A stretch of 64,000 bases of DNA, taken from positions 148,688-212,687 of the forward strand of contig NMRA01000307.1 in NCBI GenBank assembly GCA_002633005.1, written 5' to 3'. The notes below the pieces were generated by a model that saw only the letters and a list, made by a program, of their open reading frames with translations, had not been told where the DNA came from and did no database searches. This DNA comes from Phoronis australis (taxonomy: Eukaryota > Animalia > Phoronida). Of this stretch, positions 35,492 through 50,400 are shown piece by piece (the first letter of the stretch is position 1; each line of letters opens with the position of its first letter). The position numbers and the translations under genes are program-made.

Positions 35492-38400
35492 GTACACTGT
35501 GATTTGCTGACTCGTGTAGACTTCCTGCCCATGTGGAAATCTGTTTTTGTTTTTATAAACTGATTTTGATTAGTTCTGGCAGCATAAGCAATTCATTGAA
35601 CATTTTGTTAAGCACAGATGATTATCAGTAACTGGTGCTTATATTTGAATTTTAAATATTTCATAGAACCACTAGTTATCAACTCCTTTTCAATAGTTGG
35701 TGCTTCAGTAGTCAAACTGTCATTTATACTGAAATATTGTATTTGTAATGAGTTGCATTTACCTGGCAGTCAGCTGTCAGGGAGCAAGTAACACACAACA
35801 GCTGATCAGGCACATATGTGTCTGTCAAAATGACTCGCACAGAGCAAGGTAACACCACGGCAGCCATTTTTGACACTGGTTTGAGAGGCAGAGCAAATTG
35901 CACTTGATCAGTTCATCCAGTATCAACTACATGTTTAAACACAACTGGGGCAAGATAGAAAAGAATCATCTTTCAATGCGCTTGTATAATAGCGTATGTT
36001 GGGTGATCCGCTGGCATTCTACATGATTTAGACATTCGCTATTGTTTATGCGAACATGCTCAGACAATGTTTTTGTGTAAATGACTCGTGCTGATCCAGT
36101 TTGCGATCTAATGTCGTGTAAATGCGTGTCAACTCTCATCGTGACAACTGTTCCCTGTGTAAAAACAGCTCTAGTATGTTAGTGTTCTCTTCTGATTATC
36201 GTGTCATGGATTACAGTGAAATTCTGCTTCATACTGATAATGGTGGTGCGGTAAAAATTCTCCAGATTGGGGCAATCTCTAAAGTTTGATGCTTTATGAA
36301 ATTCAAGCTGAATTTGAATTTTCTTGATTCTGAAGATTAGCACGTGGGTGATTTTTGTGTTCTGAATATTTGTATCAGCAGAGTCAAAATAAACATTACA
36401 ATTCATGGAGTCGTCAAAAATGGTTGCCGATTTATCATTTTCAAGCGTCTTTATAGTGCGCAACTGAGGTTAATGATCCGTTGCCTTTAATTGTAATTCT
36501 TGAATTTGGACAGCCATTAATGATTTTTTTTAATTTGGCACTAACTCCAGCCTTTACCGAAACAATTTATTTTTCCCTGTTACAAATTTTTACCGTATCC
36601 ATGGCGTCCTAATCTTTGAACAAGTCTCAGGCAAATTCTTTTGCTGTTTCTGAAATTTTTGGACACCATTCAAGAAAATCTCAACCTCCATCTTTTGTTT
36701 AGAACAGGCCTGAAGAAAATGCCAAACTTTACTTGAGACATCACATTATGAGAAATTTGAAAATTTACTATAAGCGTGATACTTGTTTAGTCAGATTTTT
36801 AGCTGAATTTCAATCAAATTTTGGTGGTCACGGGCGTTGGTTGCCTTTGTTGAAAAGTAATAGATGGTGTTGCAATGATTACTGTAAATTTTAAACTCCT
36901 ATTGAATTTTGGTTCAGTTATTCATATTGTCTGATATTGATTTGTTAGGCGTGCTAAGCACTTTTAAATCATTGTCAACAATTTTGTTTACAGAGGTATG
37001 GTTCGAGATGGTCGTCCTCCACATGACGACCTTTATTCACGTGTCAACAAATCCAACGGAGCTCCTCCTGGCCTTCCGCCTCACTACCACGAAAACCCAG
37101 CTTTTGTACCTGGTAAGTTGCCACATGCTCTTTGGTGTTAGGAATTATGAAAAAACAGTTTTCTAAGAGTGGTGCTACTGTCAGTGTTGATCGCACTTTG
37201 CAAAATTGTGCAGGGACACACTACAAAGTTAGGGAACTGTACAGATGAGTTATATGGTCCATGTTGTGAAAATAGGACAATTGTACATATTGCATTAAGT
37301 CCTGTCAATGGGACTGTGAACTTGTGTAAAGATATGAGTGAACAGTTTTGTTGAATTGAAAATTAATACTTATTGACTGTTTAGAATTCACTCAATACTA
37401 AATACTGTGTTTTATGTGTACTGAGCAATCTTGTTGTTGGTGAGGTAATAATTCAGAAAGAATGAGAAGGGTTGTAGTTGTTAGAAAGAGGGCACAGTGT
37501 CCTCCTGACAGAGTGTTTCAACTTTCTGTCACCTTTGCTCATAACATCATCAGGGTTTGACACTTACCTCAGCTACTCGACTGTGAGTCATCTCTCATTC
37601 ATTAGCTCAGGAACACACATGAGGGTACTCACATACAGTACAGCCATGTTGATTATCATTGGAGTGTTTTTTTGTGTTAAATTTGTTTGACTTTTAGCCA
37701 TATTACATTGCATGTTTTTAGATTTTAGTCACCAGCAAAAACCGAGGTTGATGGACTTGTGTTCACTGTGCAATGGCCTTGGTAATTTTATAATAACTTT
37801 TATCAGAGTTAAATGAGAATGCCACCCAATTTAATTAGTCTTTTTTACCATCTTAATCGGTCTATATCCACATCGCTTCTTATACGGTCGACCTCACCTT
37901 GCCGAGAGGTGTCGCGTTAACCCATGAGGAAGGTGAGAAACGACACAGCGACGTCAGTGGTTCATCTGCAGAGTGAATGCCGTTATTTTACGGTGCATCG
38001 TTCCCGCTTGTCCGAACTATGAAGCTTTGAAGAAAGTGGGTATATCGTTTTTTCGACTTCCTCGAGTGCTCGAAAAGCTTAGGAAGTGGTTCGCGGTAGT
38101 GAAGAATGAAAGATACGCTTTCAATAGTAAATATGAGGCCGTGAAACATCTCCGTTTCTGTGGCCGGCATTTCGTCGACAGAGATTTCTCAGACGAATTC
38201 CGGCTTACCAAAGAACTATCCATACGTTCCGTTGCCTGTGCATGTTCACGGTGCACCTCTAGTACTTCTTGGTCAGTGTTTTCCGGTTCGAACTGATAGC
38301 CTTTGAAATTTAACGATCCGACCCGTGAAGTTTTCGTCTGATGAGCTCTTGACTAAATCGGGATTGGCGCCGGACGAGTTGCCATATAGATGTTTATTTT

Positions 38401-41400
38401 CAACGTTCTGTTTCAAAATGAATTATTCTCATCCTAACCAATACTTATATAAAACTGAAACAAAGTCTGTCTCATTAGATACAATTTGTAATGCCTTTGC
38501 AGTATTCGTGAGTGCAAATGTTGAGAAGCCAGCAATGAATAAACCACTGCGTTGCCGGCAATGAAGGTAATTGACCGCGCACCAAGGCCGTGAGAGCACA
38601 TGCTAATTCAGTGTTTGTTGACAGAAAGCTGTTGTGAAACAATTACTTGACTTTATATGCTATGGTCACATGTTAGGGGAATCTTCATTTAGAAATAAAA
38701 ATACATTATTCAAATCATTGTTACTGTACAACCTTTGCCCTGACGGTCTGTGGAAGGGGAACCTGACTTCGCGGTCCCCGACATGTTAGTAGATTTTCAG
38801 TTTCGTGGCTAATTCACACAAATAATTGCGTTAACGCTATTTCTTTGGCTCACTATCACAGTCTTTTCGGGGCTGGAGGTTTATTTTCCAACTCAAGCTG
38901 GTTTATGTTCGTGCCAGTCCCGGCAGCCGCGACGGGCCTGATTGGGTTCTGAGCTACTGGCTGGGATAACGAGTCAGTTCAGTCGCGACAGGCCTGATTG
39001 GGTTCCGAGCCACTGGCCGGGATAACAAGCGTTTTGTGTGTTTAGAACTCAAAAAATCACAAGTCTAAACAACACAGATCTAGGTTCTCCTGTCTGTATT
39101 TCACAGAAGAATACTTCGAATTTATCTCCGAACAGACCCCAAACTCCTGCTACAGACCTTGGTAAATTGACTTGCCGAACTTTGTAGGCTACAGTGTGTC
39201 CAAATACCAATAAATCCGTAATGGCGAAATAAAACAACGCGTTTGTATATTAAGAACTTGGTGTATTTTTAAGGGTTTTACATCGAGGTTTGATGATTTA
39301 TTGGTGTTAAATGATGGATTAAAGCGATAAGCTGACACCAGTAACCCGTGTTGTGAACTGCTGAACAGGCTGCGTGTGAAACCAGTGACGTCTTTCGATA
39401 ATTTCAACACCTCCGTCTGCCGTCAGATGTCAGGTAACGCAACCGAACGTTACGTTATCGAGTAGAACTACTGGATCTAAATTGATACAAAATAGGTTGT
39501 TTTTTGGGTGGCATTCTCCTTTAACCTGGTCAGTGCTGAGCACTGCTTTCCATGAGGTTGTTCAACACGCTCACACCACATTCCCTCCCTTTCATTCACT
39601 CCAATTGTGACCAACCCACAGGAGGCTAGAAACAATTAGTTCAATGAATGTTGTTACCTTTCATTTGGACAAATTGTCGATACTGTGTCATGATTCTGAC
39701 CCTTCACTTATGAGCTGTGTGTGACGACCATTGGTTCGATTTTTCCGAAGTGAAAATTTAATAGAAGTTTACTGTTTCTAGTTCATTAGTGACACAGGCA
39801 TGAAGGTATGGTAAAGGGTTGCACGTGACCAATAACTGTTGAGTTATTGGCTGCTTGATGCACCATCAAGATATCATGATTACTAATCAACAGTCAGTAG
39901 TTTGTACATTGATAGGGCCCTCGCTCACCAGAGGTGAAAGGTGGCTGTGCAAGGGGTCATCATCCTTCTTCAGCACTGCCTTAAAAATAGCCAAGACCGA
40001 TGTTTTGAAGAAGTGATTCTAACCTTGAGAGGGTTTTTTGATCATTGTGGAGGGTTTCACGTGATTTTTAGATGTTTTCATGGGGAAATAGGGCTTTGAG
40101 AGTTATTCATCAGTATGTTAATCAACAGTCTATCAAGCTACCATTGTCCTCAAGTTACTGTGGTCAATGATCTAAAGCTTCAAAGTGATTTCGGGTCAAT
40201 ATTCCCTAGGTTCAGCCATTAAAATTTAAATGCTAAAATTATCTGTGCACTTGAGAAGAGCATTCTTGTTAGGTGTACTTGTGCCTCCCTGGTAATTGTA
40301 AATATTCTCAAGTCAGCTGGTTTTCGTCAGAGTTGACTAGGGACACAGAGAGCAATGACGCCTTTTGACGGTGTTTTTGAGGAAAAGGGTAGGTAGAGGA
40401 GGTGAGGGGCCCTGTCAAATTCACGTGGTGTGCCAAGTTTTGGGGGTCTAGTATTAGGAAACACCTGCTGAATGAAGAGGAATGGTGGCTGTTGGTGGCA
40501 TTGTTGATGACAACGATGGTTGTGTCACTGAAGACTTCTTCTAAAATCTAGAACACTTTGATACACTTGTTTTACACCTCACAGTGAAATCCCATCAATT
40601 TCATTGTTAATGGCAGAAATTGTCAGTTGTATTCTTAATCGAGTCTTATGTGAGTTTGGAATATTCACATTTTTTCAAACTATTGCCTGTTAGCAACTTT
40701 ATTGTGGAACTTAAGTTTTGTAAGTATCAATTTTGGTGTTTCTCTTTTTATGAAATCTAAGAAAATTAAAAACAAATTCACTTGCCCTCCATATTGTTCT
40801 CTAATTGATAAGATTTTAGTGTACTTGATCGTGTAGATTTATGTTTGACTTTGTGTTGAACCTCGGGGGTCGCTTTATGACATTCTGTCACCCAGTTTGC
40901 TGATAACAAAATCGTGGTAAAAAAACCTTAGCACATTATGTTTGTTTTATGTACTGAAACTGCTGCGTCCTCAGATAAGGACTCACAGGTACACCATTCC
41001 ACACTTAGTTCTACCTGAGACTGCTTTACATACGGTACTCATAGTCAGTTACTATTTTACGGACACCCTGTGAATGGATAACTGGACCCATCATTCATGG
41101 TGGTTTGAGAATTTGGGCAATGAAAGTATATCAGGTAGTTGTGCGTGTGTGTTGATCAATCAGTTGTGTTTCAAATCTAATATGCTTGCCATTTCTCCAC
41201 TTCTTTGTCATATAAATACTTGGTGTAATGGTCATGGCTAATTCCCTTTTCCAATTAATGATAACTTAAACAAATGTTGCTTTGTGACATCTATACACTG
41301 CAAATCATGCTTGTATTAAAATGTTCGTAATGTTTACATTTGTGGAGAAATTTTGCAAAGCAGAATTTCACTTGTCGGCCATCTTGTGTGCTAAATAAGT

Positions 41401-44400
41401 GAAGAATTACTGTCTGTCTTATCTCGATGTTTTTCTCGTCACAAACTTTGTTGCGCAGCAGTGGCACTTTGCTAAAGGTTTCAAAACTGTTAATGAGTTT
41501 TCTTTTTGTTTACTCTAAAGTCTTAATGAAATTTCCTAGAAATTTGTGCTGATGAGATTAACAACCCTTGGCCTCGTCTCAGTTAACATTTTCACTAGCC
41601 TTGAATTCGACATAAGGGACTTACTAGTGACTAGTGGGGTGTTTTTATGTATTGAAGTTGATTATGTTATTGACGTGTCATGTTCATGGTGGTGATGGTT
41701 GTGATGGTGGTGATAATGATTTATTTCCATTCTGTCATCTACCTTGCTAGTTTATAACAATTGTACAAATCAAATGTCCTTTTTCGCAGCTGTTGTGCAT
41801 TTAATTATCAATAAGGCTTAAACCACCTGTAGGTAATTTGTACAGTAATGCCTCACCATAATTTGTACATCAATACTATGTCACCATAATCCCCAGGTTA
41901 ATACAACACCACCATAATTTATACTAACAGTAATACAATGTCACCATAATGTGTACATCAATACAATGTCACCATAATTTGTACATCAATACAATGTCAC
42001 CATAATCCACATTAATACTAGGTCCCCGTAATGTGTACATCCATACAAAGTCACCAGAAGTGAATCCAATGTTGACGTGGCAACAGTTGTGTTTTTGAAT
42101 TTGTAAGGAAATTACTTGGTGGATGTTACGCAAAGAGGCAGTGATATTCTTGGGCGATCTGTGGTAGGTTGCATGAAACAGTCCCAACAGAGACTTGATT
42201 ATTCTCCCTAAATTTTCCTTGTGTTTGTTGAATTAGTGTAAACATTGATTGTCTTCTGCTATTTTGACTTGGTTGTTAGGTCAACCTACAGCTTTGGTAT
42301 ATTGCCAGAGTAAACTGTTAGTACCCGGTATATAAACGGAGGCCTTTTCATGGAACAGCTCTAGCAGAAGGATTAATTGTCATTAAAATAAGAGCTCAGT
42401 TTTCAATTATATGTATTATTAGAAAATGTCATAAGTAAAAGAGGAGCTCATCATTAAGGTAAAATGAGAGAAAATATGACATTGATGAGCAAACAAATTC
42501 TGCAAATGCGCTAAAAATTTAAGGAGCAAAACATTTAGAAAACATACTAGGCGAGTCCTTAATGGGATCGTTTCATGCCACTGGTCACATGACTAACATT
42601 GCCGATAGAAATATGTGATATCTCTTGCCATCTATTACTGGAAATCGTAGAAATATTTTCCTGAAAATGGTAATTGAAATTGGGAAATCTGAGGCTTATG
42701 TTAACATTAAAATGTGCGTATGGCTGTGTTTAACTTGAATTTATCAAGTCCTTGATCAGGTAACAGATAAGTCACTTCCTTGTAGACAGGCTAGGTACCT
42801 AGATGGGCTATTCAAATATATTGCTGTTTTTGGGTGGGGGGTGGAGCTTGAAATTAGATACCTACCCATTTAGACCATGGACTCGAGAAGAGGGACCCTT
42901 TCAGGAGAACTCCACAAAATGTCACATTTTACATTTTTGTTCCAGAAACAGACTCCCCCTTTGTAGGGCTTAATTCCATGAATCAATTAACCATTTCATA
43001 CTTGGACAGCTGCACATTAAACCAGTTACATTGAAACAGTACAGGAGGAGGTGCCATGTTGTCAGTAGCTTTGTGTTGTTAGATACAGTACAAGATGAGG
43101 TGCCATGTTGTATGTAGCTTTGTGTTGTTAGATACAGTACAAGATGAGGTGCCATCTTGTATGTAGCTTTGTGTTGTTAGATACAGTACAAGATGGGGTG
43201 CCATCTTGTATGTAGCTTTGTGATGTTAGATACAGTACAAGATGAGGTGCCATCTTGTATGTAGCTTTGTGTTGTTAGATACAGTACAAGATGGGGTGCT
43301 ATCTTGTATGTAGCTTTGTGCTGTTGCATAATTGAACCTTCTTCAGTGAACCCTTTAATAGATTTGGGTGTTGTTCACTTATTTTACACAAAAATAATTT
43401 TCCCAGATTGTTGTTTTTCATATTTTTCAAAGGCCAATTGCTTCACAACAAATAATAGAAGATGTACCAAATGTTACCTGATGACATGTACAGAGTACAA
43501 AACAAGTTAAAATTAACTAGGATTTTCTTTATTTTTGTTCATAAAATTTCATTAGTCCGTCATATTGTGCGCTAAATAAGACTGGTGAAGAATTACTTGA
43601 TATTGTGTGTGAACAGGCGTCCTTTTTAGGACATCTGGTTGTGAAAATGTTGACCCTCTGAGTGGCAAGTACCTGTGTGAGGTTGTTGCTAAAATAGCAC
43701 TCCTCACCTGGACATGGGTTGTGACCTTGAATGGGTTATGAATGTGACAAATGTCAAACACAAAGAGTGCACTGAAGTGAAGATGCTTAACCTGAGTCTT
43801 GGTTGAGCAATTCAACACCATCCCTTGAACTTGCATAGACTGGCAGTGGCATTGGAATTGAACAAAAGAGACTTTTTGTCATAAAAATAATTGTGTCACC
43901 TTATAGTGTACAATTAGACTTGCATGAAGGAAGTACACTGGATCTCATCTGAATTTCATTTGGGCTTAGATTAGCTTTGTTCAGCTGTTACTATTCCTGG
44001 AGGGTTCATTTTGCATTATTTGTAGTCGCTTGCCACGATAAAATCAAAATCCTTACCAACTCAGTTACAGGGCTAACGGAAAATCTTGTGTTCAATTTTG
44101 TGAATGACTAGATTTTCTCAAAACATTGTTGCTGTGGTGCAGAATTTACAACTATTTTGTGTTACCTATCAGGAAAAAGATTAAAAGGGAAGTTTATTTC
44201 TTCACCACGTTATGTCCTAAATATATGAGGTTTTACAATTACCAATTGGTTTCTCCGCTCCCTTTATTAGAGAAAGATAACAGTTAGTAATCGTCGACAC
44301 TGTGAAAATCTGCAGATTGTCATTTGCTACTAGGCCAAAATCCCAGGTCGCATTTTGTAGATTTCATGTCCCATTTTTAGATTTCAGCTCCTGAAATATT

Positions 44401-47400
44401 GCGAACTAAAAGGCCAAGTTCATCGTTATGGTCCAGATTTGATTTGACTTATCGAAGTTGACTAATTCCGTTGGGGCATTTTAAAAGTCATGGGATTTAC
44501 ACGAGCTGTCAGTTATGGAGGGAAGTTTGAAGAAATTGGTTTGCATGAGTTGGAATTCCCAAATGTCCCATGTGACTAAGGCAAGTTGGTTAAAATCTCT
44601 GGTCGGATCTCCAAATTTCAGGTCGCAAATGCAACCTGCATCCTTATACGTTGAGCTGTGATTATAAGATCAACACATAACGTGCCAACCTTGTTGTGCT
44701 TGTCAAATTTACATCTCCGAATATCAATTTATGTACTTATAGATGTAGTAGAAATGACAAAATCACAGCAGAAGCTGCTTATTGGCTAATACGATCAAAG
44801 TAAAACCAGCACGGAGAGACCTCTATTGGTGTTAAATATCCTATCCAGTATTGAGAAAGGATGGTTTACCAGACAGCATTGTGTACAAGCTAAAAGTATT
44901 CAGGCAAAATGACCCAGAATTCCTTGTGTGACAGAAAGACAGAAGCCAATTTCATAGTCAGAGCAGTCCTCTCTCATGACTGAGAATGAAGGTGAATTAG
45001 GAGGAAAATTAGTGACTTGGCCAATCAAGCCATTTTGCTTCCCTAACAGTTATTACCAACACTTTTGCTGTTAACAGAATTACCCCTTGTGACGGGAAGA
45101 CGGTATTTTGTATGATTAGTTTTGTCTCGTGCCGTACAAAATATTCTACACTAGCTGGCATGCCAGTCTTCAGTGCGTGTTTGGCAATGCATCTCATACA
45201 CTATAAATAGCAATGAGTTGTGATGCAGTGTACATCTCATGTGGAAAGGACAAGATGCATTTTATTGGTGGTGTGTAATCGCTGGTTTATATGCTTTCAA
45301 AAAAATTAGAGGGTGTGCAAAATAAACATAAAATCCAGGTGCACACTGAACCTAAACATCCTGTAGGTTTGTGTTTAAACTGGATGTAGTTCCTACTATC
45401 TAATGTTGGGTAGGTCAGGTTTCTGCTAAATGTGGGTAGATAAAGTTCCAACTAAATGTCAAAATTCTGTTCTCCAAAGTGCTCAAAATGAAGTGGAATA
45501 TTATTCCTATTTTTACCTAGAAATTTCGTGAAATAAAATTTCATTATTTTGCGGTTTTATATTTGGAGAGGCTTTCATGCTGTGCAATGATGAATTATTT
45601 TTAGTTATAAAATACTTTTGTTTGTGTTAAGTGTCATGTTCTCTCTGTAAGAACAAGATAATGGTGAAGGTGTATTGAGCACTGTTTGGGTAATATGGCT
45701 ATAGCCTTGGTACATTCCTGTGAAGGTGTACCTATTGAGCACTGTTTGGGTAATATGAGTATTTCCTTGGTGCATTCCTGTGAAGGTATATTGAGCATTG
45801 TTTAGATAATATGGCTATTGCCTTGGTACATTCCTGTAAAGGTGTATTCTCGCTGGTTCCCTGCGTGCCGCTAGGTGGGGCGGTAGCCGCGCCAGCACGC
45901 AGGTATCACATAATTTTCCTCGGTAAATTTTTTTACACCGGCGTTTCTGATTGGCTGGTCGAATTCTCAACAGGCAGCGCTTTACGCAAACAAACTGGCA
46001 TGTGACTGATGGACTGAAGTGTAAATGTGGTCTGTTGTACAGACAAATCGGTGCTTAAAATTTATGTTCAGGAAATTTGAAGCCTAGAAATTGTGATTGT
46101 GACTTTTCGGAATGCATCTTTCTACTGACGATGACTTTTGTTTACGATACTGTCCTGTATTCATACCACATGAATAACACACCGGTTAAATCGATCAGAT
46201 ATGTGATTATTGTATATGTATGTGCTTCAAGCACGCGGCTATTGAACATCACTGCAGAAACGAAATAGTTGCTGCGACGCCACGTGCATGACAAGGCTAA
46301 AAATTGTTCACAGTCCGACATTTTTTCACTGTGTTTCAAAGCTAACCAATGACTGCCGAGGATACATCGACCAATGCTAAAGCTCGTGCCACTGCGTGAT
46401 ACCTGCGTGCTGGCTGGGCTAAGCACGCAAGGAACCAGCGAGAGGTGTATTGAGCAGGGTGTTTGGGTAACATGACTATTGCCTTGGTGTATTCCTGTGA
46501 ATATTGAGTACTGTTTGGGTAATATGGCGCATTGGCTATTGCCTTGGTGCATTCTGTTTCACACAGTGGCATGTGTCAGATTTAATTTTGTTGTTGTCAT
46601 AAAAATCGAGCCGTGAATGTCCTCTTCAGTAGAAATATTGGCTAAATAAACATCTTCATTTTTCTTCATATTACTCTTGAAGTTGACCATTTTGACTGAA
46701 TAATAAATTTTATTATGTTTCCTTACAGACCACAATAGCGTGGCCAGTCGGGATAATCATGTATATGAGCTGGATCACTTGGCCACATTCAACGTGAATC
46801 AGAGGCAGGGTCTGATGTATCCCGAAGATGGCATGAACCGACTGAGACAGATGGAGACGTCCGCTGGTGTCTGGACCATGCGCTGTCAGATGGTCATTGA
46901 AAGGAAGTGCGTGGTCATTCTGGACAAACAGACAGGGGTAAGTTCGGCGCTCAACTGGGTTCGTGTTCACTAATATGCCATTCACATGGCATTGACATTG
47001 GGGGAACACTGCATGATCTGGGACATGCATGCTTCTCCTGGTAGTTGGTAGTGAGGTGCCTGGCCTGTCATAACTGGCCGTTAGTACAGAGCCATAGCTG
47101 AATTCAACTCTCCTACAATTGTATAATTGGCCTAGATTTACAGAAGTTAGGTCAATATCAGATGGGCTGAGTCAGATAGGTATAGGGAACAAACATTCGC
47201 TCCCCTCACGGCTTGTTGAAATCTTGATTTTAGCATTTCAACTCGCTCTGCAAAAGTAAGACTTTATTGGCAATAGAACGACAACTAATTTTATGCACTT
47301 AGAAATTTTCATGTGGGCGCATTATGCCGCCATCTCTGTCCGTCTGGCGTCTGCTGCTCTATCTCCAAACCCTGTGACGTATGTTCATGAAATTTTGCAC

Positions 47401-50400
47401 ATACCCGTATATTTCTTTCTTGGATGGAACAGCATGAGCGAACTTTTGGACGGATCTTACTACTCGTGTGCCCCCTTAAGTGGCAATTTTAGTTTTTTAC
47501 GTTTACCTCTGTATCTTCAAAAGTCTTCAACCGATTTTCATGAAATTTGGCAGATAGTAATTTATTAATGAGATGAAGCTATCTTCTCATTTTCGGATGA
47601 ATTTTGTGGTGTGCTTCTGCATCTTCCAAATAGCGCAGAGTATCATAATGAAAATTGGAAGATGTGTTCCCACTGACAAGAGCATTACTGACATGGATTT
47701 TCAAATGAGTCCAACTATTTTGGTGCCATCTGGTGTCATTTTCTCACTTCCATGGCTGTATCTCCTAAACCCCTTACGCGATGTTTTTGAAATTTTTGCA
47801 ATTGTATTGCTTTTAAGTTATAACCAGATGGACGGATTTGACTACAGCTGTGGAAGTTCTTAACATTTGTCTTTTTATCTTTGGAGTTCTTTGACGGATT
47901 TTCATGAAATTTGGCACAATAGTTTTGAGAGACGACAACACCTTTCTATTTTTGAATGGGTTCAATGTATGTTATGCCATTGAATGGCCATTTTTTATGA
48001 CACAAATAAACACCTTCAGAAGCACACCATTTGTAGTGAAGTCTCTGGCACATTTCAACGCTCTGCGTTGCTCTTGTTGTGTTTGCTGTTTGAGTGACAA
48101 AACTTCTCTCAAGATGCAATGTTTCTAACCTAGACTAATGGGCCTCTTAGGGAGAAAAATGTGGCTGCAGTGAGAAATAGCGAGGAAGGGCCTTGTAGGT
48201 ACACAACATTGTGGGTCAATACCACAGACATCAGAGTGGTTTTGTGTTATTTTGGGATGCAGCTATTGGTACTTCTGTTAATGAATAGAGCCGTATGCAT
48301 ACTAATCATTCTAAAGTGTAAATGTAATAACGCTTCACTGTGGCCTTAAGATAAGGCAAAAAAGGGCTAACTCCATAGCAGGTATAAAGTACGTAATACA
48401 TAGTCAGCATCAAGTTACATACAGCTAACATTTTGATAAAAGCATTCCAGTGATAATGGGTTGTAGCCCTATTTATTATCACATTCTACTTTGCAATCAG
48501 AGGTGATGGTGAAATGACATTAATCCAAAAAAGAACCGTTGACTACATCTACTAAATATAGTTACTCTGGATGATAGATAAACCTTAGGCCAGGAACACG
48601 GGCACATCACAAGGCTTTCAAGTTCAATAGTTGAAGGGATTGTACCTCTTGATTCTCCTTTGGTTTTAACTGAAAATACTGTTTGAGGCTATTAGTAAAT
48701 ATTGTTTAATAATAATAATTTTCTCATTTTCAAACTTTCACTACTTTTTGCCCTGTTTATGGATAGCGAATTGAACTGGATGCATGCGCTTTCCAGAGCA
48801 TATAACCATCCACTCCAGAGTCCATGAAGTGTTGTGGCCGTGAATGTCTTCAGGATAAGCTGGCAATTGAATTTGGATCAGATAAATGCTATCTGTGTTT
48901 GCTTTATATGCATGCAAAACCAGACTGGGAAATCTATCTTCTTACCATGAAGAGGACTACATTCCAATTACATGACTTGTGGATAGGTTCTGTGCCCCAT
49001 GGTGATTGCATGTGATTGGTCAGAATATTTACATTGTACTGGTTTATGTTATGATAATTAGCAGTCAGACTTTGCTGATAGGATGCTTTTGTTCAAGCTC
49101 ATGTTATATTGGTGATTCTCCTGACTAGACCTGATATCTGCTTTCTTTGATATCAGCTTCCTTGTGAAAGTTCCTCTGACATGTAAACAGCTTTATGAAT
49201 GATCATTCTTCATTCACTTTGGTATGGGAACATTAACCCAGTAAAGAGGTTTATTGGGGCATTTATTGTTATGTGTGGAATGCAATATAGTGTATGACTT
49301 TGTTCTTACACACATTGTACTACATAAACTACCTTCAGGTCATTTATGAAACATGGACATTATTGGGCATAGTTCCAGACTTATTTTCGGAAAACATTAA
49401 AAATGGCAAAATAAGTTTCCAGGCTTGGAAAGACAAGGAAAAGGAAAAATATTAAATCCCGTGGAAGATTCTACAAGTTTAATCAAGAATCGTGTAATGT
49501 TGTAAGTGATGTCATGATATCGCATGTTCTTAATGCTTGGTGACAAGTCATGTCATGATATCATATGTTCTTAGTGCTTGGTGACAAGTCATGTCATGAT
49601 ATCATATGTTCTTAATGCCTGGTGACAAGCAGTGGGACACATCACCACATTTCTTCTTTTTGTAGGATGTAAAATCTTGGAAAAATGAAAATACCATTAA
49701 CATCTTAGAAAACCTGTATGAAAAAAGACAACATAACATGAGTGGGAACTGTGGCAAAATGGTGTTGATGGAATGCAGATGTAACCTAGGGGGTGCCTAA
49801 ACTTTGTCTGATAAAGGTTTAACAAACATTTATTGGCATTCAAGCAGGAATGGGTTCACTGTTAAACTTTAATGGTCTGTAATGTTGCAGACAGGTAGTA
49901 GGACTGGTCTGGCCTATAAACTCTTAAGGGCCTTTCATACTAACATCGATGCATCGTTGGTTTGGGGAGTTGCGGTCAGTATGAACGCTTAACTCCGGTC
50001 CTGGATCGCAGTTAACAGCTCCAGTTAATATCGCAGTTAACAGGTGGATTTAAGACCGCAGCGTCGACGCTGCGGTGCAGAATGAACGCTCAACTCCGGT
50101 CCAATCGAAGTTATCGCCAGGTGCCACTGTTATTGTCAGCAGTTACAGAGTAGTGCCGTCACTAATAACTACTTATTTTTGCTCTAATGATAACCAATCG
50201 ATTTAAAAATGAGTTTAATGTCATTTAGCACATTTAAATGTTCCCAAATTGTCACATTGAAAAAAATCTTAGCGTGCAGCGCAACCTTGCGATAACTTCG
50301 ATGATGTCAGCGTCACCGACCCTTAACTTCGATGGTCATTAACTACCGAAGCCAGTATGAACGGTCCAGCTAATTGCGCTGTTTACGTCGACGCTCCGCT

